From the IMG/VR virus record IMGVR_UViG_3300020810_001156, positions 188,604 through 252,603 of that record: a DNA stretch of 64,000 nucleotides; one strand, 5' to 3'. This document shows positions 1-9,820 of the stretch, in pieces. The position numbers and the translations under genes were made by a program. The notes below the pieces were generated by a model that made no database searches, was not told where the DNA came from, and saw nothing but the letters and a program-made list of their open reading frames with translations. The number at the start of each line of letters is the position of its first letter. Position 1 is the stretch's first letter.

Positions 1-2
1 AA

Positions 3-1025
3 TGGAAACCAACTGATATCAACAATAAAGAACTAACCATCAAAGAAATTGAAGAGTTAGAACCTTATGTTGAAATTGTAGAGGATTCAGCTGAAGCTAC
101 AAAGTGGACTTATCTTAGAAAGATGATTCACACTATGAGTTGGACAGCTAATCCTGGTCGAAATGTGAAATTGTTTATCAAAGATAAGAAGAGTGGTAAA
201 TTGTTAGGTTTGGTATCACTAGCCTCAGATGTTACTTCTATGAAAGTAAGAGATGATTACATCGGATGGACTAAAGAAGATAAATTCAAAAAGGGAAAGT
301 TGAACTACACAACTATCGCTTCCACCATCGTTTGTACCCAACCTTTAGGTTACAACTTTTTAGGTGGTAAACTCACCGCAATGATGACTACAGTTCCAGA
401 AGTTAGAAATTATTGGAAAGAAAAGTATGGGCAAACATTGATAGGTGTAGGTACAACTTCCCTTTATGGAATTCATTCACAATATAATGGTATTCCGCAT
501 TTTAAAACTTTAGGAGAATCCGCTGGTAAGATTGCAATCAAACCTGATGATGAGTTCTATGACCCTTGGCACCAATGGTTGAAGGAAAATAGAGCAGATT
601 GGTACGAAAATGCAATCACTAACGAAAGAATCAGAAATGGTAAAAATATGGGAACTGGTGAAGGTGCTAGTGGACCTGTAAGTGGTATCAAACAAAAGAT
701 TCTTTCTCAGATTCTAAGAGAATGTGGTATCAAAGCATCTGATTATCATCACGGATTTAAAAGAGGTGTATATCTTGCTATGATGTACGAAAACGGACCT
801 GAGTTCCTCCGTTCAGAAATTGAAGAATCGGAACTTGTTATGAAGAAAAAGTTTGAAGATGGTGTAGATTACATCAACAATTGGTGGAAAAAACAAGCAA
901 TCAAACGATATTCTAAGTTGCATGATGAAGGTAGATTAAAACCTGAAGATTTATTCTATATCGATGGTATTGGTAAAGATTGGGAAACCTTCAAATCAGA
1001 AAGATTAAAAGAAGTAGGTAGATAA
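3..1025 (+). CDS. 5'-truncated DUF4338/DruA-like protein
   Basis: Frame is open from nt 3 (WKPTDINNKE...), so the start lies outside the window; motifs PGRNVKLFI, LGLVSLASD, PLGYNFLGGKL and TTSLYG..SQY recall DUF4338. Confidence 0.5.
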   Translation, partial: WKPTDINNKELTIKEIEELEPYVEIVEDSAEATKWTYLRKMIHTMSWTANPGRNVKLFIKDKKSGKLLGLVSLASDVTSMKVRDDYIGWTKEDKFKKGKLNYTTIASTIVCTQPLGYNFLGGKLTAMMTTVPEVRNYWKEKYGQTLIGVGTTSLYGIHSQYNGIPHFKTLGESAGKIAIKPDDEFYDPWHQWLKENRADWYENAITNERIRNGKNMGTGEGASGPVSGIKQKILSQILRECGIKASDYHHGFKRGVYLAMMYENGPEFLRSEIEESELVMKKKFEDGVDYINNWWKKQAIKRYSKLHDEGRLKPEDLFYIDGIGKDWETFKSERLKEVGR

Positions 1026-1035
1026 AATATAAATT

Positions 1036-1983
1036 ATGGGATTTTTTGAAGAAACTAATAATGAACAAGTAGATAACTCACTTTGGGTAGAATCATATCG
1101 CCCAACTACTTTAGAAAATTATGTGGGTAATGAACACTTAAAAGAAAAAGTAAGTGGTTATTTAGAAACAGGTGATGTACCTCACTTACTTCTTTATGGT
1201 AGAGCTGGTACTGGTAAGACAACTCTTGCCAAATTGATTGTAAAATCATTAGATTGTGATTATATGGTAATCAACGCATCTGATGAGAACAATGTGGAAA
1301 CTGTAAGAAATAAAGTAAAAGGATTCGCATCATCGATGGGATTCAAAAAGTATAAAATCATTATCTTAGATGAGTTTGATTATATGTCTCAGAACGCACA
1401 AGCGATTCTTAGAAATCTTATGGAAACATTTTCACAACATTGTAGATTCATTTTGACTTGTAACTATGTTGAGAAAGTTATTGACCCTATCCAAAGTAGA
1501 TGTCAAACTTTCCAAATCATTCCTCCTACTAAAAAGGATGTAGCAGTTCAAATCTCAAAGATTCTTAAAAATGAAGAAGTAAAGTTTGAACCAAAAGATT
1601 TAGTTCCAATTATTGATGCTGGATATCCTGATATTAGAAAGATTATCAATACTTGTCAATTAAACTCAATCAAAGGTGAGTTGAAAGTAGATACTCAAAA
1701 CCTTTTAGAGAATGATTACAAAATGAAAGTTTTGGATATCCTAAAATCTTCGGATGATAAGAGAAACAAATATGTGAATATGAGACAAACTATCATTGAT
1801 AGTAGAGTAACTGATTTCTCAGAATTATTTACTCTCTTATATGAAAAGGTAGATGAGTACGCTCCACAAAACACAGCGAATGTAATCATCGCTCTTTCTG
1901 AAGGACAGAATAAACACTTCAACGCTATTGATAAAGAGATACCAATGGCAGCAACTTTGATTGAAATTTTAAACTTAATATAA
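1036..1983 (+). CDS. Clamp loader AAA+ subunit (RFC small / T4 gp44-like)
   Basis: WVESYRP, Walker A GRAGTGKT, INASDE, Walker B ILDEFD, SRC motif. Confidence 0.93.
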   Translation: MGFFEETNNEQVDNSLWVESYRPTTLENYVGNEHLKEKVSGYLETGDVPHLLLYGRAGTGKTTLAKLIVKSLDCDYMVINASDENNVETVRNKVKGFASSMGFKKYKIIILDEFDYMSQNAQAILRNLMETFSQHCRFILTCNYVEKVIDPIQSRCQTFQIIPPTKKDVAVQISKILKNEEVKFEPKDLVPIIDAGYPDIRKIINTCQLNSIKGELKVDTQNLLENDYKMKVLDILKSSDDKRNKYVNMRQTIIDSRVTDFSELFTLLYEKVDEYAPQNTANVIIALSEGQNKHFNAIDKEIPMAATLIEILNLI

Positions 1984-2294
1984 TGGCAAATATAATTGGT
2001 AAAGGTGGTAGTAAACCACAAAAAGCATCAGAACAAAGTACACAACAATCACCAAAGATTGATTTAGGTAAATCAACTCCCGTTGTTTGTGCTCATTGTG
2101 GATATGATGTATTTGTAGATGGTGCTAAATTTAGAAAAATCTCAAAACTAATCACTGGTACTCCGCAAGATGTAGTTGTACCAATTGAAGTAATGTTATG
2201 TGGTAATTGTGGTGAGATTTGTGAAGAATTACTACCAGAACAAATGAAAGTATTAAACGAAATTGATAAAAGAAATTCTGAGGAGAATGCCTAA
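1983..2294 (+). CDS. Zn-ribbon hypothetical protein
   Basis: CAHC and CGNC pairs; TAATG coupling to the clamp loader gene. Confidence 0.6.
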   Translation: MANIIGKGGSKPQKASEQSTQQSPKIDLGKSTPVVCAHCGYDVFVDGAKFRKISKLITGTPQDVVVPIEVMLCGNCGEICEELLPEQMKVLNEIDKRNSEENA

Positions 2295-2736
2295 ATCGTT
2301 GTTTGACCACATAAAAGCAATTACCAATGAGCAAGACCCTAAGTATTGGGATAAGTTAGAGGAAGCTGATAAGAAAACATTTTCTAACTATATGGTACTT
2401 CGTTTTCTATCTATGAAATATGAGTGGGTAGAAACCATTGCAGCAGTTCAACCATATTTACAGGAAGTTCCTCCTAAAGCAATGTATTTGGCTATGATTG
2501 ATTTACTTCCAAAGGGTAGGCACTTTATGAAGTATATGAAAGCTAAAACTGCCGATAAATACGAAGGTTGGTTAGTAGAGTTGGTAGCTAAACATTATGA
2601 AACCTCAAAGTTAGAAGCAGAAGATTACTTAAAGATTCTATATGCTAGTAGAACTGGTAAGGAAAGAATCAAACAATTATCAGAGGATTATGGAACTGAC
2701 CCAAAGATAATTAAGAAATTAAAATTAAAAATATAA
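2287..2736 (+). CDS. Clamp loader small subunit (T4 gp62-like)
   Basis: LFDHIKAI...FSNYMVLRFLSM pattern and position next to the gp44-like gene; start moved to ATG 2287 (GAGGAG upstream). Confidence 0.65.
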   Translation: MPKSLFDHIKAITNEQDPKYWDKLEEADKKTFSNYMVLRFLSMKYEWVETIAAVQPYLQEVPPKAMYLAMIDLLPKGRHFMKYMKAKTADKYEGWLVELVAKHYETSKLEAEDYLKILYASRTGKERIKQLSEDYGTDPKIIKKLKLKI

Positions 2737-2746
2737 TTGAGAAAAG

Positions 2747-2778
2747 TTTGGAAATCCCAAACTTTTTTCGTATATTTG
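2747..2778 (+). promoter_or_regulatory. Bacteroidota-type primary sigma promoter
   Basis: TTTG-N20-TATATTTG, matching the -33 TTG / -7 TAnnTTTG consensus. Confidence 0.75.
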
Positions 2779-2796
2779 TATAACAAATAGAAGTTT

Positions 2797-3666
2797 ATGG
2801 CAAAAGTAAGTTTTTCACAATATCAACTATATTCATCTTGTCCTCGTGCATATAAACTGAGGTACATAGATAAGTTGGGTGAATCATCTGCTAACATTTA
2901 TACAATCTTCGGAACAGCTATCCACGAAACCATACAACATTTCCTTTCAGTTATGTATGGAGTTTCGAAAAAACAAGCTATGGAAATTGATACCGATAAG
3001 TTGTTGTTAGAATGGATGCGAAAAGAATACATCAAAGAGAACGAAAAGTTGACGGAAGGGAGTGTATGTACTCAGTTGGAGTTAGAAGAGTTCTATGGTG
3101 ATGGTAGAAGAATATTAGAATGGTTTAAAAAGAAATTAGATAAGTTTTACACAAAGACTGGTTTTGAATTGGTAGGTATTGAATTACCCCTAAACGCAAA
3201 AGTAAAGGAAGGTGTAAACTTCATCGGATTTGTGGATATCGTAATGAAAGATTTATCAGATAATTCAATCATCATTATTGATTTGAAAACATCAACAATG
3301 GGTTGGAACAAATACGCTAAAGCTGATAAATACAAAAACGCTCAGATTGTTCTTTATAAGAAATACTATTCAGAACTATTCAATGTTCCTTTAGATAAAA
3401 TCAAAGTTGAATATCAGATTATGAGGAGAAAACTCTATGAGGATGCTCCTTTCCCAATTCCTTATATGTCTAGGCATGTACCTGCTAATGGTAAACCAAC
3501 TGTAAACAAAGTTTATAATGAGTTTATGGGATTCGTTAATGAGGTATTTGATGATGAAGGTAAGTTCAACGATTTGCCTTATCCAAAGGTGCCGGGTGAA
3601 CGGAAAAAGAATTGTAAGTTTTGTGAATTCCTTCAAAGAGGAATTTGTGATGGAAATCCATCGTAA
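2797..3666 (+). CDS. PD-(D/E)XK nuclease, Cas4/RecB/AddB-like, probable Fe-S cluster
   Basis: SCP, GTAIHE, GFVD..IIDLKT, Q..LY, C-terminal CKFC..C. Confidence 0.85.
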   Translation: MAKVSFSQYQLYSSCPRAYKLRYIDKLGESSANIYTIFGTAIHETIQHFLSVMYGVSKKQAMEIDTDKLLLEWMRKEYIKENEKLTEGSVCTQLELEEFYGDGRRILEWFKKKLDKFYTKTGFELVGIELPLNAKVKEGVNFIGFVDIVMKDLSDNSIIIIDLKTSTMGWNKYAKADKYKNAQIVLYKKYYSELFNVPLDKIKVEYQIMRRKLYEDAPFPIPYMSRHVPANGKPTVNKVYNEFMGFVNEVFDDEGKFNDLPYPKVPGERKKNCKFCEFLQRGICDGNPS

Positions 3667-3712
3667 AAATATATTTCTATATACTTATATATAAACATAT
3701 AATTTGTATATT

Positions 3713-3910
3713 ATGAGTGTAGAAACTAAACTAACAACTGTAAAGATTATAAAGGGTGTTTATTCTAACTTTAAAAGGGTTTCTTTTGAATCTGATGTAA
3801 CACTTCAAAAATTAGTAAACAGAACAGTTGAACGATATGTAACCGATGAACAATTTAGAGAAGAGATGAATGAATATCTTAAACTCCAAATTTCAGGTTC
3901 ACAATTTTAA
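3713..3910 (+). CDS. Small possible ribbon-helix-helix DNA-binding protein
   Basis: LTTVKI strand followed by two helices (TLQKLVNRTVERY); TACTTATA motif upstream. Confidence 0.4.
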   Translation: MSVETKLTTVKIIKGVYSNFKRVSFESDVTLQKLVNRTVERYVTDEQFREEMNEYLKLQISGSQF

Positions 3911-3932
3911 AAAAAAGTTATTTAAATAAGTT

Positions 3933-5324
3933 ATGAGTAAAAAGAAAAAGATTCTTCTTCTTTCAGATGATTTAAGAATGGCGAGTGGTATCGCCACTAT
4001 GAGTAAAGCGTTGGTAATGGGAACTGTTGATAAATACGATTGGTTCCAAGTAGGTGCAGCAATTAACCACCCTGATAAAGGTAAAATTTTAGATGTATCG
4101 GCTGATATTCAAAAACAAACTGGTGTCGAAGATGCATCGGTTAAAATACTTCCGTGGACTGGATATGGTAACGCTGATTTGGTTAGACAATTACTAAATA
4201 CTGAAAGGCCTGATGCTATTCTTCACTTTACTGACCCAAGATATTGGATTTGGTTGTATGAAATGGAACATGAGTTAAGGCAAAACATTCCTATTTTATT
4301 CTATGCAATTTGGGATGATTTACCAGACCCACTTTACAATAGAAATTATTATGAGAGTTGTGATTGGATTGGTTGTATTTCAAGACAAACTTATGGTATT
4401 GTATCTCGTTTGACAAGTAGAACTGATAAACCAACTTGGAAACCTCATAAAGATTGGCAGGTATCTTATGTTCCTCATGGTATTAATCCAAATGAATACA
4501 AACCAATTGATGTACCTAAACCATTTAGAGATGAAATATTAGCTGGAAATGAGTACGATTATGTATTCTTCTGGTCAAATCGTAATATTCGTAGAAAACA
4601 ACCTTCGGATGTGATTATGGCATTTAAGGATTTTTGTAATAGAATAGGTGAAGAAAAAGCTAAGAAAGTTGCATTAGTAATGCATACCCAACCAACTGAC
4701 CAAAATGGTACTGATTTACCAAAAGTTCATCAGACATTAGCACCCGAATGTAATGTAATATTTTCAGATAAACGAAGAAGCGTAGCTGAACTGAATTATC
4801 TTTATAATATAGCAGATTGTACAATTAACATTGCAGGTAATGAAGGGTTTGGGTTAACAACTGCAGAATCGGTAATGAGTGGTACACCTATTATTGTAAA
4901 TGTTACAGGTGGATTACAAGACCAATGTGGATTCAGATTTAAAGATACTGGAGAACTTCTAACTGCTGAAGATTACAAAGAAATCGGTTCACTTCACAAA
5001 TGGAGAGATTGGGAAGATAAACTAACTTGGGGAGAATGGGCAAGACCAGTTTGGAGTAGAGCCCAAACTATGGCAGGGTCAGTTCCTACCCCATATATTT
5101 GGGATGATAAGATTGATGTATATGATGTGGCAACTGCTATGGAAGAAATGTACAAAAAACCCAAATCAGAACTGAAAGAAGCTGGTTTAAAAGGTAGAGA
5201 GATGTTCAAAGGTGAAATGGGGTTAGTAAACACAAATATGTGTCAAACTTTAGTAGATGGAATCGAAGGAACATTTGAAAATTGGAAACCAAGAAAAAAA
5301 TACGAATTATTTAAAATTAAGTAA
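3933..5324 (+). CDS. GT-B (GT4-like) glycosyltransferase
   Basis: VPHGI, NRNIRRKQ, NEGFGL..AE..MSGTPII. Confidence 0.85.
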   Translation: MSKKKKILLLSDDLRMASGIATMSKALVMGTVDKYDWFQVGAAINHPDKGKILDVSADIQKQTGVEDASVKILPWTGYGNADLVRQLLNTERPDAILHFTDPRYWIWLYEMEHELRQNIPILFYAIWDDLPDPLYNRNYYESCDWIGCISRQTYGIVSRLTSRTDKPTWKPHKDWQVSYVPHGINPNEYKPIDVPKPFRDEILAGNEYDYVFFWSNRNIRRKQPSDVIMAFKDFCNRIGEEKAKKVALVMHTQPTDQNGTDLPKVHQTLAPECNVIFSDKRRSVAELNYLYNIADCTINIAGNEGFGLTTAESVMSGTPIIVNVTGGLQDQCGFRFKDTGELLTAEDYKEIGSLHKWRDWEDKLTWGEWARPVWSRAQTMAGSVPTPYIWDDKIDVYDVATAMEEMYKKPKSELKEAGLKGREMFKGEMGLVNTNMCQTLVDGIEGTFENWKPRKKYELFKIK

Positions 5325-5325
5325 T

Positions 5326-5682
5326 ATGAATGATGTAAACAATTGTAATCACATAAATAATCTATACTTTAGAGCATTTAATGAAAAAAATTTAGATGTA
5401 TTGGCATCTCAAGTATATTCACCAAATGTTGTATTAAAAGATTGGGTTGGTGAATGGGTTGGTAGAGATAATGTTTTGTTGGAAAATAAAAAGTTTTTTG
5501 AAAATGAGTTTACTTTAACAGTTGAAAATACAATTATGGGATTTGATAATGATATGCACTTAGTTACTGCAAAAAATGATATTGTTATTGAGATTGGTGG
5601 AGAAACTATAAACGCAGTTGATGAATTAGTATTTGAACAAAATTCATCACGCATAAGAAGTATTACAGCATATAAAAGATAA
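5326..5682 (+). CDS. NTF2/SnoaL-like protein
   Basis: YFRAFNEKNL..YSPNVVLKDW..GRDNV...I.AYK; ATG 5326 preferred over the overlapping start at 5257. Confidence 0.7.
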   Translation: MNDVNNCNHINNLYFRAFNEKNLDVLASQVYSPNVVLKDWVGEWVGRDNVLLENKKFFENEFTLTVENTIMGFDNDMHLVTAKNDIVIEIGGETINAVDELVFEQNSSRIRSITAYKR

Positions 5683-5688
5683 GAAGTT

Positions 5689-6990
5689 ATGAACAAACCT
5701 TTATTAGTATTTCAAGCTCCTGTATTTACTCGAAGTGGTTATGGAGACCATTCGAGAGATATTCTTAGAAGCTTATTTAAAATGGAAAAGTACGATGTAA
5801 AAATTGTACCAATGAGGTGGGGAAATACCCCACAAGACCAAGCAGACCCTTCTACAGAATTTGGTCAGAAGATGTTATCAAATGTTGTAACTCAATTAGA
5901 TAGAAAACCTGATATTTTTATGCAAATGTCAGTTGCAAACGAATTTGAACCAAAGGGTAACTTTAATATTGGTATTACTGCAGGTGTAGAAACTACAATA
6001 CTTCCAAAAGAATTTATTGAAGGTTCTAATAAAATGGATTTAATAATAGTACCATCAGAATTTACAAAAAAATTAATGATTGGAACTGCATATCAAGAAA
6101 AAAATCAACAAACAGGTCAAATTGTACGAGAAATTAGAGTTACAAAACCAGTTGAAGTTTTATTTGAAGGTGTTGATTTGGATAGATACTTAAACTACCC
6201 AAAATCGGATACTGATATCTTAGAAGGTATTCAGACTGATTTCAACTTCTTATTTGTAGGACATTGGTTAAAGGGGCATTTAGGGCAGGATAGAAAAGAT
6301 ATTGGAATGATGATTAAAACATTCGCTACTGTATTTAAATTTTTACCAATGGAAAAAAGACCTGGTCTTATTCTTAAAACATCTCACGCTGGATTTTCTG
6401 TAATTGATAGAGAAAATATTAGAGAAAAGGTTGATAATATTCTTAATGGTATGGATAAAAAGGATATTCCACCAATTTACATATTACATGGTGATTTAGA
6501 TGATACAGAAATGGGTCAACTATATAATCATCCAAAAGTAAAGGCAATGGTATCATTTACCAAAGGTGAAGGATACGGTAGACCACTTGCAGAATTTGCT
6601 TTAAGTGGTAAACCTATTATTGTTTCAAGGTGGAGTGGTCAAGTTGATTTCTTACCTGAACAACATACTGTTTTCTTAGATGGACAATTAACTCCGGTAG
6701 ATGAATCAGCAGCTGATAAATTTATCTTAAAAGATTCTAAATGGTTTAGTGTAAACTACTCAGATGCAGCAAATAAATTTTATAAAGTTTTTAATGAATA
6801 TGATTCTTATTTAAAACAATCAGCTGGATTAAAAACAAATATTATCAATAATTTTAGTTTGGAAAAAATGGATAAAGTTTTTGAAGAAATGATGGAAAAT
6901 TACACATCATCGGTTCCTCAAATAAAACCATTTAATTTACCCAAATTGAATAAAAATAAAATGAATATTCCTAAATTAAATAAAGTATAA
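5689..6990 (+). CDS. GT-B (GT4-like) glycosyltransferase
   Basis: RSGYG, RKDIG, KGEGYGRPLAEFALSGKPII. Confidence 0.85.
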   Translation: MNKPLLVFQAPVFTRSGYGDHSRDILRSLFKMEKYDVKIVPMRWGNTPQDQADPSTEFGQKMLSNVVTQLDRKPDIFMQMSVANEFEPKGNFNIGITAGVETTILPKEFIEGSNKMDLIIVPSEFTKKLMIGTAYQEKNQQTGQIVREIRVTKPVEVLFEGVDLDRYLNYPKSDTDILEGIQTDFNFLFVGHWLKGHLGQDRKDIGMMIKTFATVFKFLPMEKRPGLILKTSHAGFSVIDRENIREKVDNILNGMDKKDIPPIYILHGDLDDTEMGQLYNHPKVKAMVSFTKGEGYGRPLAEFALSGKPIIVSRWSGQVDFLPEQHTVFLDGQLTPVDESAADKFILKDSKWFSVNYSDAANKFYKVFNEYDSYLKQSAGLKTNIINNFSLEKMDKVFEEMMENYTSSVPQIKPFNLPKLNKNKMNIPKLNKV

Positions 6991-7454
6991 TGAATTACAG
7001 TTCACAATATAGACAGTATTTAGATTATGGCAATCGTGTATCTAAATCCAGTATACAGCCATATGGAATTTACAAAATTTCAACCTATAAGTATGTTGAT
7101 GAAGGTAGACAGAGTCTAAAGGGTGAGTATGAAACTTTGATATTCGTTACGGGTATTTTTCAAAAGAAAGTTTCGGCACTGAAACTATCAAATATACAAC
7201 CACTTAAATTTTTAAATTGGTTTAAACGAATAGCTAATAATAAATACAATGAATCCGATTCTCAATATATTGGTTTATATGAAATAGAAACTCCAATGGA
7301 TATTGGTGGTAATCGTATTTATGATTCATACATCAGAAACAATAAAGATTTTGTAGCAAAAGGAGCAGCTTATAGAACTTATAAGTTAGAGGGTATTCAA
7401 TACGCTACTGAAGTATTTTTAAAGAAAAACATATTAGAAAGATATTATGGTTAA
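6990..7454 (+). CDS. Hypothetical protein
   Basis: Coupled ORF within the operon; no recognised motif. Confidence 0.5.
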   Translation: MNYSSQYRQYLDYGNRVSKSSIQPYGIYKISTYKYVDEGRQSLKGEYETLIFVTGIFQKKVSALKLSNIQPLKFLNWFKRIANNKYNESDSQYIGLYEIETPMDIGGNRIYDSYIRNNKDFVAKGAAYRTYKLEGIQYATEVFLKKNILERYYG

Positions 7455-8076
7455 TGTTACATATGCAATTACAGTTTGTAATGAGATAAATGAAATTACA
7501 AAATTAATAAACTTTCTTCACCCAAGAATCCAATCAGATGATGAGATTTTGATTCAGTATGATGAAGATGGTGTTACTGATGATGTTATGGGTTATCTGA
7601 GAATCATAAATGATTTGCATGATAATGTAAATGTGATTGGATTCCCTCTAAATAAAGATTTTGCATCTTACAAAAACAATCTAAAGAATCATGCTAAAGG
7701 TATTTTCATCTTCCAAATCGATGCTGATGAATTACCAAATGAATATTTGATTACAAATATGCATGATTTATTAAATGCAAATTTAGATATCGATTTATTC
7801 TTCGTTCCAAGAGTAAACACAGTTGAAGGATTGACACCAGAACATATCCAAAAATGGAGATGGAATGTAAATGAAAAAGGATGGGTGAATTGGCCTGATG
7901 TACAAACTCGTTTATATAGAAGAACTTCTGAAATTGAGTGGGTTGGTAAAGTACATGAAAGAATCAAAGGTTATAATACAATGACTTATTTACCATTAGA
8001 AGAAGATTTCTCATTGTATCATCCAAAGGATATAGAAAGACAAGAAAAACAAAACGCATTATACGAAACTATATGA
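7447..8076 (+). CDS. GT2 glycosyltransferase
   Basis: YAITVCNE, IDADE, W.GKVHE. Confidence 0.85.
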   Translation: MVNVTYAITVCNEINEITKLINFLHPRIQSDDEILIQYDEDGVTDDVMGYLRIINDLHDNVNVIGFPLNKDFASYKNNLKNHAKGIFIFQIDADELPNEYLITNMHDLLNANLDIDLFFVPRVNTVEGLTPEHIQKWRWNVNEKGWVNWPDVQTRLYRRTSEIEWVGKVHERIKGYNTMTYLPLEEDFSLYHPKDIERQEKQNALYETI

Positions 8077-9053
8077 AAGTAGCTTTTCTAACGGAAATGG
8101 GATTTGAGGGAACTATTCCCAATGAACATCCAAACGCTAGAACTGAGTTTGCTTGGATGAACGCTTTAGATGCGGTTCATTACCCATTAACAAAATACCA
8201 ATCGGTAAGTGGATATGATGTTGTGTTTATCATCTTCCCAAAAGGTAAACTATTTTTATCAGCAGAGGGTTCTAAAATAGGAGAAGGATTCAATCCAGCT
8301 TCTCAATATCTAAATGAACCAATAGTAGATACTTTAAAGAGTGTAAACAAAAAAGTATATTATATTCAAGAAGGACCTCATTGGTGGTGGAATGATTATG
8401 AGATTGTAGACCAAATTCAGTTCTATAATTTTTTAACAAAAACCGATGGTATCTTTGCACACAATGAATCCGATGTAAATTACTATAAAGGATTGTTACC
8501 AAATAAAAAAATAAAAGTGATTAGAACCTTAATGATTGAAGATTTGATTAAAAACATAAAATCACAATCTGAAGATAAGGTGTTGATTGGTGGTAACTTT
8601 GCAAGGTGGTATGGTGGATTCGAATCCTATATGGTAGCAACCGAATTTGGTGTTCCTATTTGGGGACAAGAATCTCATGCTAAGCGAAGTAACGAAGGAG
8701 CAATGGAAGATTTGAATCACTTTGATAGAATGGTTTGGATTGATTGGATGAAAGAAGTATCTAAGTTCAAATATGGGGTTCATCTAATGCCAACTGTAGC
8801 AGCTGGTACATTCTCACTTAATTGTGCATACTTTGGAATACCTGTAATTGGTAACATCAAAGTAGATACTCAAAAAACACTACATCCACTAACTTCAGTT
8901 GAAGTTGATGATGTGAAAGGTGCTAGAGAATTAGCTCAGAAATTAAGAGATGATAAAGATTTCTACAATCAATGTAGTAAGTTGGCTAGACAACAATATC
9001 AAAGTTATTACACCAAAGAAATTTGGTTAAATTATATGAAAGAAAGAATATGA
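8073..9053 (+). CDS. Probable GT-B glycosyltransferase
   Basis: C-terminal AGTFSLNCAYFGIPVIG resembles a GT-B nucleotide-binding region; cluster context. Confidence 0.55.
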   Translation: MKVAFLTEMGFEGTIPNEHPNARTEFAWMNALDAVHYPLTKYQSVSGYDVVFIIFPKGKLFLSAEGSKIGEGFNPASQYLNEPIVDTLKSVNKKVYYIQEGPHWWWNDYEIVDQIQFYNFLTKTDGIFAHNESDVNYYKGLLPNKKIKVIRTLMIEDLIKNIKSQSEDKVLIGGNFARWYGGFESYMVATEFGVPIWGQESHAKRSNEGAMEDLNHFDRMVWIDWMKEVSKFKYGVHLMPTVAAGTFSLNCAYFGIPVIGNIKVDTQKTLHPLTSVEVDDVKGARELAQKLRDDKDFYNQCSKLARQQYQSYYTKEIWLNYMKERI

Positions 9054-9820
9054 TTACAGCAGTACTAAATGGTTACAAACGAGGAGATAACCTCAACGAA
9101 CAATTGGAAGCGTTAAAAAATCAAACCTTACCACCTGATGAGATTTTATTATGGTACAATAATCCAGGTGATAATGATTTATTAAATTATGATATTGGTG
9201 GTGAAATACCAGTAGCTTATTGTAATTACAACTTTGGGGTTTGGGCAAGATTCTACTTTGCTATGAACGCTAGAAATCCATATGTAGTGGTATTTGATGA
9301 TGATACAATTCCGGGTAAAAAGTGGTTAGAAAATTGTATGAACACAATGAATGAAAGGGAGGGTTTATTAGGTACTGTTGGATTACTTTATCCAAATCCT
9401 CTCCCACCACAAAATTCTTCTTATTATGAACACTACCTCAGATTTGGCTGGCCAGAATTAGGTAACAATGATAGAACTGTTCAAGTTGATTTAGTTGGAC
9501 ATAGTTGGTTCTTCAAAAAAGAATGGTTATCTCATATGGTAAGAGAATTGCCTGACCCAAAATACAATACTTGCGGTGAGGATATGCACTTCTCTTATAT
9601 GTTACAAAAGTACGCTAATATTCCTACATTTGTACCACCACACCCTCGTTCAGATATGGAACTTTGGGGAAGTATTAAGGGTGGTGAGTATGGTGGAGAT
9701 GTTAACTCTCTTTGGGAATCAAATCAAGTAAATGTAGAAGGTACACCATTCAAACAATTGATGAATCAATATTTTCACGAACAAAGAAATAAAGGCTGGA
9801 AATTAGTAAATGAAAAATAA
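9050..9820 (+). CDS. GT-A (GT2-like) glycosyltransferase
   Basis: GYKR, FDDD, GEDMHFS. Confidence 0.75.
   Translation: MITAVLNGYKRGDNLNEQLEALKNQTLPPDEILLWYNNPGDNDLLNYDIGGEIPVAYCNYNFGVWARFYFAMNARNPYVVVFDDDTIPGKKWLENCMNTMNEREGLLGTVGLLYPNPLPPQNSSYYEHYLRFGWPELGNNDRTVQVDLVGHSWFFKKEWLSHMVRELPDPKYNTCGEDMHFSYMLQKYANIPTFVPPHPRSDMELWGSIKGGEYGGDVNSLWESNQVNVEGTPFKQLMNQYFHEQRNKGWKLVNEK

Noticed and set aside
3-1025. Complete Druantia defence system
   Set aside because: No large helicase or other Dru genes in the window
2797-3666. CRISPR-Cas system from the Cas4-like nuclease
   Set aside because: No cas1/cas2 or repeat-spacer array seen; the 36 kb repeats are promoter blocks around genes
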